In this document: positions 49,872 through 59,459 of the stretch, piece by piece | Layout: the number at the start of each line of letters is the position of its first letter | How positions within the stretch are numbered: the first letter of the stretch is position 1 | NCBI GenBank assembly: GCA_030123765.1 | Contig: JASJXX010000003.1 | Coordinates: 10,795 to 74,794, forward strand | From: Actinomycetota bacterium | GTDB lineage: Bacteria; Actinomycetota; Acidimicrobiia; Spongiisociales; UBA5794 | Length of the DNA: 64,000 nucleotides | Direction of reading: 5' to 3' | Position numbers and translations under genes: made by a program | Notes under the pieces: model-generated | Told to the model about the DNA's origin: nothing | The model's input: only the letters and a program-made list of their open reading frames with translations | Databases searched by the model: none

Positions 49872-50330
49872 TCACACCATCGTTAGGACTGCGGCCAGCG
49901 CTCCGATGACCACAGTGGAGAGACCTACGATGCTGATATACACGCCTTTGGAGAGGATGTCACCGTCGCCCATCTCGTGTTCCGGCTGTGTGTGCACGGC
50001 GATCTCGTCGAGCGCGGCGTCGAAGTCATACTTCGGCTTCTCGACCTCGTCCTCAGGTTCGGGACGCGGTTCAGCTACATACGGAACATCAAGAGCCTCA
50101 GCGAACGTAGCAGGTGACGACGGGGTGAACAGCAGCTCCTCACCACCGAGATTCATGAGGAAAGAGCCCCTCCCCGTCGGAGACGCACCGCACTGGTCCC
50201 GGCCCCAAGATCCGATCTCGCTCTCACCGATGACGAGGCGAACGAAGTCTTCGTCTATCTCGAATAATGCGTGATGTCCGTCGCCTGTCTCTCCGGGCAA
50301 CAGCACCTCACCGGCGAATCTTGGGCTCAT
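49872..50330 (-). CDS. Hypothetical protein with a C-terminal membrane anchor
   Basis: GGAGG RBS before ATG 50330; beta-rich N-domain, acidic linker, terminal TM helix. Confidence 0.7.
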   Translation of the reverse strand: MSPRFAGEVLLPGETGDGHHALFEIDEDFVRLVIGESEIGSWGRDQCGASPTGRGSFLMNLGGEELLFTPSSPATFAEALDVPYVAEPRPEPEDEVEKPKYDFDAALDEIAVHTQPEHEMGDGDILSKGVYISIVGLSTVVIGALAAVLTMV

Positions 50331-50432
50331 CCTTACCTCCGCTCTTGTCACTCTCTCTCTTATCGGCTGTTGAGGCGGTGCGGTGAAGCGATCGGTCCGG
50401 AATGATGCGCTCGACCCGTGACTAGGCACCAC

Positions 50433-53400
50433 TCATCGAAAATCACGTGATGCCATCGAGGGGGCCGGCCACTCATTGAGCCGACGTGCGACAAGATTCG
50501 TGACCCCATTGCGGTACTCGAGCACTCCGTCTACCACGATCCCGACCGCCTTGCGTGCGATCTCATAGTTCGCCTCCCACACTCCAGGCATAATCACTAC
50601 GTTCATGATCCCCGTCTCGTCCTCGAGGTTGATGAACCGCACACCATTCGCCGTCTCAGGCCGTTGCCTGTGCGTAACGACTCCTGCAACTGTGATCCGG
50701 GTGTTGTGCCTCCTGAGGCGGAGTGCGTCAGCAACAGCGATTACCCCGCTATCGGCGAGACGACTCCGGATGAACGAGACCGGGTGCAGCGTCGAGATCC
50801 CTGTCGACCACAGGTCGACCCGCATCTGAGTGTCTCCATCCATCTCGGGGAGCGGGGGCGGCGTTGAGTGGTCCTGTAAGGCAAGACGGCCCGGCCCGAG
50901 CCAGGCAAGTGAACCGGCTACCCACATGCCATCACGTCTCCCCAGTCCCAGAGATCCCAACGCACCCGCCCCGGCGAGACCCTCATATGCATCAATGGAG
51001 AGCCCCGTCCGTTGAGCAAAATCCTCCGGTGAGGTGAACGTCCCCGCAGCGAGGCGGGCAGCTTCGATGCGGATGATCTCCCCCTCTCCGAGGTTGCGCA
51101 CGTAGCGCAGACCGAGGCGGAGAGCAACGGGTTGACGCACCGGGTCGTCTACAGCTCCCATGCCTCGTCTCCACGCCAAACCGAGATATTCGGCTAATCC
51201 GTCAGTGCCCGCATCGTGTGGTTCGACGGTGCAGTCATGGATCGAGTGGTTCACATCGGGCGGGAGCGTGGTGACTCCATGGTGAAGCGCATCGGCAACG
51301 AGAGAGTTGGGAGTGTAGAACCCCATCGGTTGAGCATTGAGCAGGCCGGCGAAAAACTCACAGGGCCAGTGATACTTGAGCCACGACGCTGCATACACAA
51401 TGTAGGCAAAGGAGACAGCGTGTGACTCGGGGAAGCCGAAGGAGGCGAACCCTCGCAGCTTCTCCCATAGTTCGTCAGCGGGTGGTCCTTCGATGCCTCT
51501 ACCAGCCATCCCCTCGTACACCTCACTCTGGAGCTTGGCCATCTCCTCTGTGGATCGCTTGTGGGTCATCGCCTGACGAAGCCGCTCCGACTGTCCCGGG
51601 GTAAACCCCGCGCACACCCGTGCAATCTCCATGAGCTGCTCCTGAAAGATCGGGACACCGAGCGTTCTGGCAAGGATCGGTTCGGCTTCCGGATGGACAT
51701 ACCGCACGGGCTCATCACCGCTTCGTCTCCGCAGATACGGATGTACGGACTGGCCCTGGATAGGGCCCGGGCGGATCAGGGCAACCTCGATGGCGAGGTC
51801 GTAGAACGTACGCGGCTTCATCCGGGGGAGCGTCGCCATCTGTGCCCTGGATTCGACCTGGAACACCCCCACGGTGTCTGCACGGGTGAGCATCTCGTAC
51901 ACGACCGGCTCCTGGGGAATCGTGGCGAGATCAACATCGATGCCGTGGACATCCGAGATGATGTCAACAGAGAGATGAAGCGCGTTGAGGGCACCGAGCG
52001 CAAGGAGGTCGAGCTTGACGATCCCCATCGCAGCAGCATCGGTCTTATCCCACTGGATGACCGAGCGGTCCTGCATTCTCCCCCACTCCATGGGAACGAT
52101 CTCCCACAGGGGACGCCGGGCCACGACCATGCCACCCGAGTGGATGCTGAGATGCCTTGGGAAGCCGTCAAGCCTGTTGCACACGTCATAGATGTGTTCG
52201 GCGGTCAGCCCACCCGGCAGGTCGACAACGTCCCTGAGTTCCTTCGGGTTGCGAGTGTCGACGTACCTGGTGAGCCCGTTCACCTGAGCCTGGCTCAGCC
52301 CGAAAGCCTTCCCGACATCCTGGAGGAGCGACCTCGCGCGGTAGGTGACCACGTTGGCGACCATCGCTGCGCGCTCGCGACCGTATCGTCGGTAGCAGTA
52401 TTGAATGATCTCTTCGCGCCTCTCTGCTTCGAAGTCGATGTCGATGTCGGGCGGCCTCCCCCGATCATGGGAGAGGAACCGCTCGAATGGCAGCCCGAGA
52501 CGGATGGGGTCAACACGGGTGAGGTTGATGCAGCGGCACACCGCAGAGTCAGCCCCCGAGCCACGGATCTGGCAGTAGATGTCCCGGGACCGCGCGAACT
52601 GCACGATGTCCCATACGACGAGGAAGTAACCCGCGAATCCGAGGTCTCTGATGACCCCGAGCTCGTGTTCAAGACGTCGGCGGGCCACCGGGTCAATGCC
52701 GTCCTCACTCCCCGGGTACACCCCTGCTGCTCCCTCGTATACGAGGAAGGAGAGGTACTCGTCCTCGGTGGTGAAGGAGCCTGGGATCGGGAAGTCCGGC
52801 AGTTCAGGGGCAAGTAGGTTGAGATCGAACGCGAGCGACCCTCCAAGGTCTGCGGCACGTTCGACTGCACCTGGATATCGAGCGAAACGTCGCGCCATCT
52901 CATCGGGTGTGCGGAGATGTCTGAGATCGGTCGCTGGTCGGAATCCGTCAGCCTCTCCGAGGTCTCTGCGTCCCCCGATCGCTGCGAGCACTTCGGAGAG
53001 ATCAGCATCACGGCTGTAGGCGTAGTGCACGTTGTTGGTTGCGACGGTTGCAATCCCGAGACGCATCCCGACCTCGGCGAGCATGTCATTGCGCTTGTCA
53101 TCACCGGGCAATCCGTGATGGGTCAGCTCGATGTAGAACCGGTCACCGAAGACCTCCTTGAGCTTCGCTGCCTCGCTGAGAGCGCCAAGAAAGTCACCCC
53201 GCGATGCAGCGCTCGGAACGGACCCCTGCCAGCAACCTGCCAATGCGACGAGGTTCCCATCGGTGACTGCTTCGGCAAGGTCACGATATGAGTATCTCGG
53301 AGCATCCTTCTCCCCCCGGAACTGCCCCCTCGTGACGAACTGTCCGATCGCTGCATAGCCAGCAGGGTCGGGTGCAAGGAGTATGAGATGGTCAGTCGGC

Positions 53401-53756
53401 TCACGTTCGACGGGCTTGGTCCCGTGCATCCTGCGGGTGCGACCCCGCCGGGTGAGATCGGTCGTACCTGGTCCGGGTTCCTTCTGATCTCGGGGCGCCA
53501 TAAGATCTTCAACGGGCCTCTCCGTGCGATCGGTCTGATCCCTCGGCATCCCGACCTCGGTTCCGTAAACGATCGGCAGACCAACCTCCAATGCGTGCGC
53601 GTGTACCTGGACAGCGCCGCGGAACCCGTCGTGATCGGTGATGCCAAGGGCCTCGTACCCGAGCTCCGCCGCGCGTCGCACAAGCTCCCCAGCCCACGAC
53701 GCGCCGTCGAGAAACGAGTAATTGGTGTGACAATGCAACTCAGCGTATCTACTCAC
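50433..53756 (-). CDS. dnaE2: Error-prone DNA polymerase DnaE2/ImuC
   Basis: YAELHCHTNYSFLDGAS PHP domain, PPDIDIDFE, KLDLL, FPESHA, C-terminal SRDFR. Start GTG 53756. Confidence 0.95.
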   Translation of the reverse strand: MSRYAELHCHTNYSFLDGASWAGELVRRAAELGYEALGITDHDGFRGAVQVHAHALEVGLPIVYGTEVGMPRDQTDRTERPVEDLMAPRDQKEPGPGTTDLTRRGRTRRMHGTKPVEREPTDHLILLAPDPAGYAAIGQFVTRGQFRGEKDAPRYSYRDLAEAVTDGNLVALAGCWQGSVPSAASRGDFLGALSEAAKLKEVFGDRFYIELTHHGLPGDDKRNDMLAEVGMRLGIATVATNNVHYAYSRDADLSEVLAAIGGRRDLGEADGFRPATDLRHLRTPDEMARRFARYPGAVERAADLGGSLAFDLNLLAPELPDFPIPGSFTTEDEYLSFLVYEGAAGVYPGSEDGIDPVARRRLEHELGVIRDLGFAGYFLVVWDIVQFARSRDIYCQIRGSGADSAVCRCINLTRVDPIRLGLPFERFLSHDRGRPPDIDIDFEAERREEIIQYCYRRYGRERAAMVANVVTYRARSLLQDVGKAFGLSQAQVNGLTRYVDTRNPKELRDVVDLPGGLTAEHIYDVCNRLDGFPRHLSIHSGGMVVARRPLWEIVPMEWGRMQDRSVIQWDKTDAAAMGIVKLDLLALGALNALHLSVDIISDVHGIDVDLATIPQEPVVYEMLTRADTVGVFQVESRAQMATLPRMKPRTFYDLAIEVALIRPGPIQGQSVHPYLRRRSGDEPVRYVHPEAEPILARTLGVPIFQEQLMEIARVCAGFTPGQSERLRQAMTHKRSTEEMAKLQSEVYEGMAGRGIEGPPADELWEKLRGFASFGFPESHAVSFAYIVYAASWLKYHWPCEFFAGLLNAQPMGFYTPNSLVADALHHGVTTLPPDVNHSIHDCTVEPHDAGTDGLAEYLGLAWRRGMGAVDDPVRQPVALRLGLRYVRNLGEGEIIRIEAARLAAGTFTSPEDFAQRTGLSIDAYEGLAGAGALGSLGLGRRDGMWVAGSLAWLGPGRLALQDHSTPPPLPEMDGDTQMRVDLWSTGISTLHPVSFIRSRLADSGVIAVADALRLRRHNTRITVAGVVTHRQRPETANGVRFINLEDETGIMNVVIMPGVWEANYEIARKAVGIVVDGVLEYRNGVTNLVARRLNEWPAPSMASRDFR

Positions 53757-53769
53757 CAGTCCAGTATAA

Positions 53770-53785
53770 TCGAACATGTGTTCGA
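53770..53785. promoter_or_regulatory. LexA box upstream of dnaE2
   Basis: TCGAACatgtGTTCGA with exact consensus arms, abutting TATACT (minus strand) and TATAAT (plus strand). Confidence 0.92.
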
Positions 53786-53846
53786 CTATGCCCGGCCACT
53801 CCACAGAGCAGAGTGCTACCGTCTGAGGCATACTTAAGGGACAGGG

Positions 53847-54068
53847 ATGAACTCCGATACACCAATATTCAGCGACGACGCCGATCCTCCTACGGAGGAG
53901 ATCTACATCAAGTTGCGCGAGCTCGAGACAGCGGCGGCGGAGACACGCGATGCCACCTCCCTCGAACCGTCCCCCGTCGTCGCCGACGACGCTCCTACGG
54001 GGATAAAGGGGCGCATCGCGCGACTGAGAGCCATCCTCTCCGACCGTGGTGCAGAGCCTCTCGACTGA
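53847..54068 (+). CDS. Small acidic hypothetical protein (73 aa)
   Basis: Purine-rich RBS, non-overlapping, plausible codon usage. Confidence 0.55.
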   Translation: MNSDTPIFSDDADPPTEEIYIKLRELETAAAETRDATSLEPSPVVADDAPTGIKGRIARLRAILSDRGAEPLD

Positions 54069-54101
54069 ACATCTCTCCGCGATATAGCCTAGAGTGGGGC
54101 T

Positions 54102-54482
54102 ATGACCGAGTTCTCGGTAAGGCTTGCAAATCGGCCCGGTCAGCTAGCTACGCTGGCCAGGCTGTTCGCCGACGCGGGAGTCGACATCGAGGCTCTCGCC
54201 GCCGTTTCGGACGAAGGCCTCTTCCACATTCGCATCGTCGTTGAGCATGCAGCCAGGGCGCGTCGCCTGCTCATGAGCGCTGACATCGTCTTCGATGAAC
54301 GCGACATCCTTCACACCTTCGTACCCAGAGGATCAGGCGGCCTCGCCACAATCACGGAGAACCTCGCCCGGTCAGACGTCAACGTCGAATCGATGTACCT
54401 CCTCCACACCAATGCCGAGGGCTTCCACCTTGCCATCACCGTCTCTGACACTGATCGAGCGGCCCAGGCGCTCGCTGTGTGA
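54102..54482 (+). CDS. Tandem ACT-domain protein
   Basis: LANRPGQLA...AGVDIE; second repeat GGLA...VNVESMY. Confidence 0.85.
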   Translation: MTEFSVRLANRPGQLATLARLFADAGVDIEALAAVSDEGLFHIRIVVEHAARARRLLMSADIVFDERDILHTFVPRGSGGLATITENLARSDVNVESMYLLHTNAEGFHLAITVSDTDRAAQALAV

Positions 54483-54484
54483 GT

Positions 54485-56329
54485 TCAGACGTTCGAGAGT
54501 GTGTGTCGTGCTGAAGCCGCTACACCGGGAGCACTGAGTCCGATCCGCTCAAGAATCACATCTGGCTTCGCATGCGGGATGTACTCGATAGGCACACCGA
54601 GCACCGCCACCCTCGCCGACGCGTCCATGTCATCGAGAGCGAGCTGGATAGCCGTGCCAACACCACCCTCGCGGAAGCCGTCCTCAACGGATATCACCAC
54701 ATCGTGTGAAGCGGCGTCTTCAAGCATCAGCGGGTCGAGAGGTTTCACGATCCTGGGATCCCACACGGTGGCGTCGATTCCGTCCTCTGCGAGCAGTTCG
54801 GCGGCATCGACACACACCTTGAGCATCTTGCCCGCACCGATGAAGCAGAGCCTGCTGCCCGATCCCTGACGTACCTTACGCGCGGTGAGGCCGGATCCGA
54901 CGTCGCTCTCATCGACCATGGGCGCCTCCGTCTTCGGCCACCGAATCGAGACAGGCCCGTCACAGAGTTCGATGGCATCGACGAGCATCACCTCCAACTC
55001 CTGATACGACGAGGGCGCCATGACGGTCATCCCGGGCACTTTCATGCACAACACCATGTCGAGGACTCCATGATGGGAGGGTCCGTCGTCTCCTGTGACG
55101 CCGGCGCGGTCGAGACAGAACACGACGTGCTGGCCGTGGAGCCCGACATCGAGATTCACCTGATCGATCGCACGAGTGAGGAAGGTCGAGTAGATCGCCA
55201 CGACGGGGATCAATCCGCCCATCGCCATGCCGGCCGCGGCGCCGACGGCGTGCTGTTCGGCGATGCCTACGTCGAAACATCTGTCGGGAAACCGCTCCTG
55301 GAACGCCAGGATTCCCGTCGAGTCAGGCATCGCAGCCGTGATGGCGACGAGCTTCGGGTAGAGCTCGCCGAGCTTGCACAGCGTCTCGGCGAAGGCAGCC
55401 GTGTAGCTTCCTGGCTTGATCGATCCCGTATCGTGCATGAACTTGATGGTGTCGTTCTCAGCTGGTGCGTATCCACGCCCCTTCTGTGTCACGATGTGTA
55501 CGACGACCGGCCCATCGAACTGCTGGGCGCTCCTCAGCGCACCTTCGACGACGCTGACGTCGTGCCCGTCATACGGTCCAAGATACCTGACACCGAGATC
55601 CTCAAAGAATGCGGAGGGCTCCCACATGTCTCGGATCGCTGCCTTCGTGGCGCTAATTCCACGGCCGAGCACACCCCCCATGCCGGGAATCTTCTCAGCT
55701 ATCTCTTCGAGTTTGCGCTGCCTGCGCATGTAGACAGGATTCGCTCGAATCCGCATAAGACTCTCGGAGAGCTTGGAGACTGTCGGCGCGTAGCTACGGC
55801 CGTTGTCGTTGAGCACGATCGTGACGTCGCGTCCGCTGTGACCCAGGTTGTTGAGCCCTTCGAAGGCCATGCCACCCGTCATGGAACCGTCGCCGATGAC
55901 TGCAATGACGTGTCCCGGATCACTCCCTTCGCCCTCAAGCTCACGTGCTGTCGCGATCCCGTATGCGTAACTCAGAACCGTGCTTGCATGGCTGTTCTCA
56001 ATCACGTCGTGTTCGGACTCGCTTCGGCTCGGATACCCGCTGAGGCCACCCTCCTGGCGCAGCTCCTTGAAGCCCTCCCTACGACCGGTCACGATCTTGT
56101 GCACATACGCCTGATGTCCCGTGTCCCACAGGATGATGTCCCGAGGCGAATCGAAAACTCGATGAAGAGCGAGGGTCAACTCCACGACACCGAGGTTTGA
56201 ACCGAGATGCCCACCGTGCCGATCGACGGCATCGACGATGAACGTGCGGAGCTCTTCGGCGAGCACTCTCAGTTCGCTGTAGTCGAGGCGCCGGACATCG
56301 GCCGGCCCGTCGATGTGTTCTAGATACAT
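54485..56329 (-). CDS. dxs: 1-deoxy-D-xylulose-5-phosphate synthase
   Basis: GGHLGSNLG, WDTGHQAY, GDGSMTGG...NDN TPP motif, GIAEQHA, YSTFL, DRAG. Confidence 0.95.
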   Translation of the reverse strand: MYLEHIDGPADVRRLDYSELRVLAEELRTFIVDAVDRHGGHLGSNLGVVELTLALHRVFDSPRDIILWDTGHQAYVHKIVTGRREGFKELRQEGGLSGYPSRSESEHDVIENSHASTVLSYAYGIATARELEGEGSDPGHVIAVIGDGSMTGGMAFEGLNNLGHSGRDVTIVLNDNGRSYAPTVSKLSESLMRIRANPVYMRRQRKLEEIAEKIPGMGGVLGRGISATKAAIRDMWEPSAFFEDLGVRYLGPYDGHDVSVVEGALRSAQQFDGPVVVHIVTQKGRGYAPAENDTIKFMHDTGSIKPGSYTAAFAETLCKLGELYPKLVAITAAMPDSTGILAFQERFPDRCFDVGIAEQHAVGAAAGMAMGGLIPVVAIYSTFLTRAIDQVNLDVGLHGQHVVFCLDRAGVTGDDGPSHHGVLDMVLCMKVPGMTVMAPSSYQELEVMLVDAIELCDGPVSIRWPKTEAPMVDESDVGSGLTARKVRQGSGSRLCFIGAGKMLKVCVDAAELLAEDGIDATVWDPRIVKPLDPLMLEDAASHDVVISVEDGFREGGVGTAIQLALDDMDASARVAVLGVPIEYIPHAKPDVILERIGLSAPGVAASARHTLSNV

Positions 56330-56581
56330 GGTCGGTGGTCTCCCGCGTGAGACGGTAGCGAGACGGGACCCGAACACGCAGGCGTTTGGACTCTCGGAGC
56401 GTGAAAGGTGTCGTCTTCAGTCGCACCGAGAAAGGTAGCCACACCAGAGACGCAGACCCGAGACGAAGATCCATCCCCGGGAATTCTCGGCAAGATCGCT
56501 GCCGGCCACCGTGATAGGGGCAGCCTCGATCCGTGGGGTGATGCCCGCGTAGCTTGAGATCCGCTCCGCTACGATCGACGC

Positions 56582-57499
56582 ATGGACGCCCTCTCTCCCG
56601 CCGACCTCGCCGCAGTACGGGCTCGCCTTGATCAATCCGGTCGGCCGATGGAACGGGCTCTGGTGGCGTACCGATTGGACCGTGGATCTGTCGCGGATGT
56701 GCTTGAGACACTCACGGGCTTCCAGAACGACGACGGAGGTTTCGGACATGGGCTCGAGCCGGATCTGAAGAGCCCTTCATCAAGTCCGTTCCAGACTTCG
56801 GTTGCGTTTCAGATCTTCAGGGAGCTCGGTACACCCGCCAGTCATCCGATGGTGTCACGTGGACTGGCCTATCTCCAAGACACCTACGACGTCTCGACTC
56901 GGAGTTGGCCGGTCACCCCGGCTGATGTGGAGCGTCATCCACACGCCCCCTGGTGGGTAGAGGCCGCGGCCACACCTTCGATCGACAATCTCAACCCCCG
57001 AGCCGAGCTGCTCGGTGTCCTGCTCGAGTATCGAGATGCCCGTTTCGGCGACTGGGTCGATTCCGTTGAAGACGCTGTGCGAGACTGCCTCGCGCGAACT
57101 GCGGAGTTGGAGATGCATGAGGTGCTCTGCGTTCTCCGCTTGGCCGAGACGCCACGCCTTTCGACCGAGTGGATGCCTGAGTTGGCGGGTCAGCTCGTGC
57201 CGGCAGCCGAGGCGTGTGTCGGTACGGAGCGAGCAGCATGGGAGGGCTACGGCCTGCGGCCTATTGATGTCGCGCCTCGACCGGGTGGGCTCCTGAGCTC
57301 AGAGTTTGGGGAGGTGGCAGGCATGTACTGCGACTACCTCGTTGCAACGGTCAGCGAGGATGGGGTCTGGTCGCCGACTTGGTCGTGGTCAGAGCAGTAT
57401 CCCGAGGCATGGGAGCACGCGAGGCAGGAGTGGATCGGGATCATCATCGCCAGGCACCTGCAGGTGCTGTCCGCCTACGACCGATTGCCTCATCAATGA
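56582..57499 (+). CDS. Hypothetical prenyltransferase/squalene-cyclase-repeat-like (alpha/alpha toroid) protein
   Basis: FQNDDGGFGHGLEPD, HPHAPWW, NPRAELLG, EDGVW; TACGAT-6 nt-ATG start. Confidence 0.65.
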   Translation: MDALSPADLAAVRARLDQSGRPMERALVAYRLDRGSVADVLETLTGFQNDDGGFGHGLEPDLKSPSSSPFQTSVAFQIFRELGTPASHPMVSRGLAYLQDTYDVSTRSWPVTPADVERHPHAPWWVEAAATPSIDNLNPRAELLGVLLEYRDARFGDWVDSVEDAVRDCLARTAELEMHEVLCVLRLAETPRLSTEWMPELAGQLVPAAEACVGTERAAWEGYGLRPIDVAPRPGGLLSSEFGEVAGMYCDYLVATVSEDGVWSPTWSWSEQYPEAWEHARQEWIGIIIARHLQVLSAYDRLPHQ

Positions 57500-57698
57500 C
57501 ACGCGAGACATCGCGTCCGTTGGCAACGTTGCCAACTTCTATCAGGCTGTCAGTTCCGCGTAGAGAACCCTTCCCTCAGCCAACTCGGCTTCTCCACGCG
57601 CCCCGGCGGGGAACTCAGCCAAGGCTGCACCTCAACCCAACGCACACCGATTCTGTAGGCGATGCTCAACCGCCACCGACGCCCGTGATCAGTCGGAG

Positions 57699-58679
57699 CT
57701 AGAGGGCGTCAACAGCGCTCAACACCCATGCAAGGCCGTCGGTTGGATCTTCTACACCGATGTGGAGATTCCATCCACCGACCCTATCCCCGGGATCCCA
57801 CAGCACCCAACGCAGGTCTGACGCCTCGTCACCGAGGGTGGATGAGTCCTCGGGCACGTCGTCGTAGCCGAGGAGTTCGAGAAGCACCCACCATGCCCCG
57901 ACACGACCGCTAGGCGTTCCCCGCCGGCGGCCGTGACCTCCCCCGCTAGCTCCAGCCCAGGCCATTGCCTCGAACGCTGTCTGAAGCGAGATGTCAACGA
58001 GGCGCACGCGGTGTGGCCCGAGAGTACGAATCGCATCCTCCACAGTCCCGTCGACTGTGATCACCTCGGCCTTGCCGAGAGAGTCCTCCCACCACGGCTT
58101 CACGAGGTCCATCATCGTGTCACACACCGCATCGTTACGTTCACGGTCAACCGGCTCTCCGAGCTCCGTCCAGTTCATCTCGAGACCGAAAATGTCGTCT
58201 GGGAACGTGGCCCGATCAGAGGTGTAACGAGCGGTGGGATACTTCGGCTCCCATGGCTGGAGCGTCACCGGAACCTCGAGGATCCCTCCGTCAACGGAGC
58301 TCTCATCCACGACGTCGCCACGTATCGACCGCTCACTCGCGACCAGGGCGCGGATCGTCGGCACCTTCACGTACGCCTCAAGTTCTCCCCACTCGTGTGA
58401 TGATGCAGCAACCTCCCACAACGGCCCGAGAGCGAACCGGCCTCTGCCGTCAGTCATCACAGACGCGGCAACCTCTCCGGGAGCTTCGAGGGCGAGCCGG
58501 TACTCGGCGAACTGCGAGACCGCCCACAGCTGTTTGCCGCGCGTTACCGCCTCTTCACAGCGGTCGCGCAGGTCGATGAGCTCGTCCCACTCCCGACGGC
58601 CACAGATCGCGTCGATTCGACGGATCAGGGAGGTAATGTCGCTCGCCTCGATGAGCGGGCTGATGCTGTCTTCGGTCAC
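57699..58679 (-). CDS. Conserved hypothetical protein (recalls DUF6183; unverified)
   Basis: 326-aa ORF with EYRLALEAP, GPLWEV, LQPWEP, AWAGASGG...GRVGAWW; leaderless start. Confidence 0.65.
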   Translation of the reverse strand: MTEDSISPLIEASDITSLIRRIDAICGRREWDELIDLRDRCEEAVTRGKQLWAVSQFAEYRLALEAPGEVAASVMTDGRGRFALGPLWEVAASSHEWGELEAYVKVPTIRALVASERSIRGDVVDESSVDGGILEVPVTLQPWEPKYPTARYTSDRATFPDDIFGLEMNWTELGEPVDRERNDAVCDTMMDLVKPWWEDSLGKAEVITVDGTVEDAIRTLGPHRVRLVDISLQTAFEAMAWAGASGGGHGRRRGTPSGRVGAWWVLLELLGYDDVPEDSSTLGDEASDLRWVLWDPGDRVGGWNLHIGVEDPTDGLAWVLSAVDAL

Positions 58680-58725
58680 CCGTCGATCCTAAACGACAGG
58701 CGAGAGATGGGAGACAGGTCTGGGT

Positions 58726-59124
58726 CTAACCGGCGATCGGGATTGCGCATCCTGTTGCCTTGACAACAACGGTGCGCACGCCGATGAAGGCGAGGGTTCG
58801 GGGACGGTACACATCGGTGATGGTGACGCACACTCTGGCATGATCGGCCTGGACGGTGACTCTCTCGTCCCCGCTCCCCCACATGCCGCCAACCCTCTCA
58901 GCTTCAGCAACCGCGGCCTCCACATCGAGAGAGATCACGGCCTCGTACGCGCCAGCGTTCGAGAGCTTCGCTGCGGCGGACTCGGCCGCCAGGTCTGCCA
59001 CGGTGGCAACATCGCGATACGCCGCTCCGAGCAACGATATCTCGACCACGAGCGCAGCCACGCTGAACGCGACGAAGATCAGACCTGCGGCCATCGGGAG
59101 CATCGACCCTCGTTCGCCTCTCAC
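58726..59124 (-). CDS. TadG-like minor pilin
   Basis: ERG|SMLPM prepilin-like N-terminus, TM helix, ADLAAESAA. Confidence 0.7.
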   Translation of the reverse strand: MRGERGSMLPMAAGLIFVAFSVAALVVEISLLGAAYRDVATVADLAAESAAAKLSNAGAYEAVISLDVEAAVAEAERVGGMWGSGDERVTVQADHARVCVTITDVYRPRTLAFIGVRTVVVKATGCAIPIAG

Positions 59125-59459
59125 GGTCGACTCCGATACGGGCTGACAGGGACTTCAACACGTGAGTGAACGGTTCGAGTGACACGAGCACCGCCCACCG
59201 CGATGAGTTCGACCTCGCGCGTCGCGATGACCTCGATGACTCCGTCACGATCAACGATCCGCACCGCCACACCGTCGTGCCTCGGGGGCTCCCTCCCGTG
59301 CCTGGCCACCCACACCGCTGTATCGCGTGCCGTCGTGTGCACAATCGCATTCGCCTCGGTGAGCCGGGCAGCCATCGACACGACCGGGAGCACCATGAGC
59401 ACGACAGCGAACCCCACCACGATGATCTCGAGGAGGGCGAGGCCTCGTTGTCCGGTCAA
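59121..59459 (-). CDS. TadE-like pseudopilin
   Basis: QRG|LALLE prepilin motif, TM helix, ARDTA; TTGA start/stop overlap. Confidence 0.72.
   Translation of the reverse strand: MTGQRGLALLEIIVVGFAVVLMVLPVVSMAARLTEANAIVHTTARDTAVWVARHGREPPRHDGVAVRIVDRDGVIEVIATREVELIAVGGARVTRTVHSRVEVPVSPYRSRP

Noticed and set aside
53757-53831. N-terminal extension of DnaE2 (…VEHMFDY…)
   Set aside because: It is just the translated SOS box and promoter. The lexA extension (3818-3991) and the recA-upstream ORF (10523-10738) are the same kind of artefact.
56330-56581. Riboswitch (e.g. TPP) upstream of dxs, and ORF 56417-56749
   Set aside because: No recognisable aptamer consensus; the ORF overlaps the 56582 gene antisense and has no motifs.
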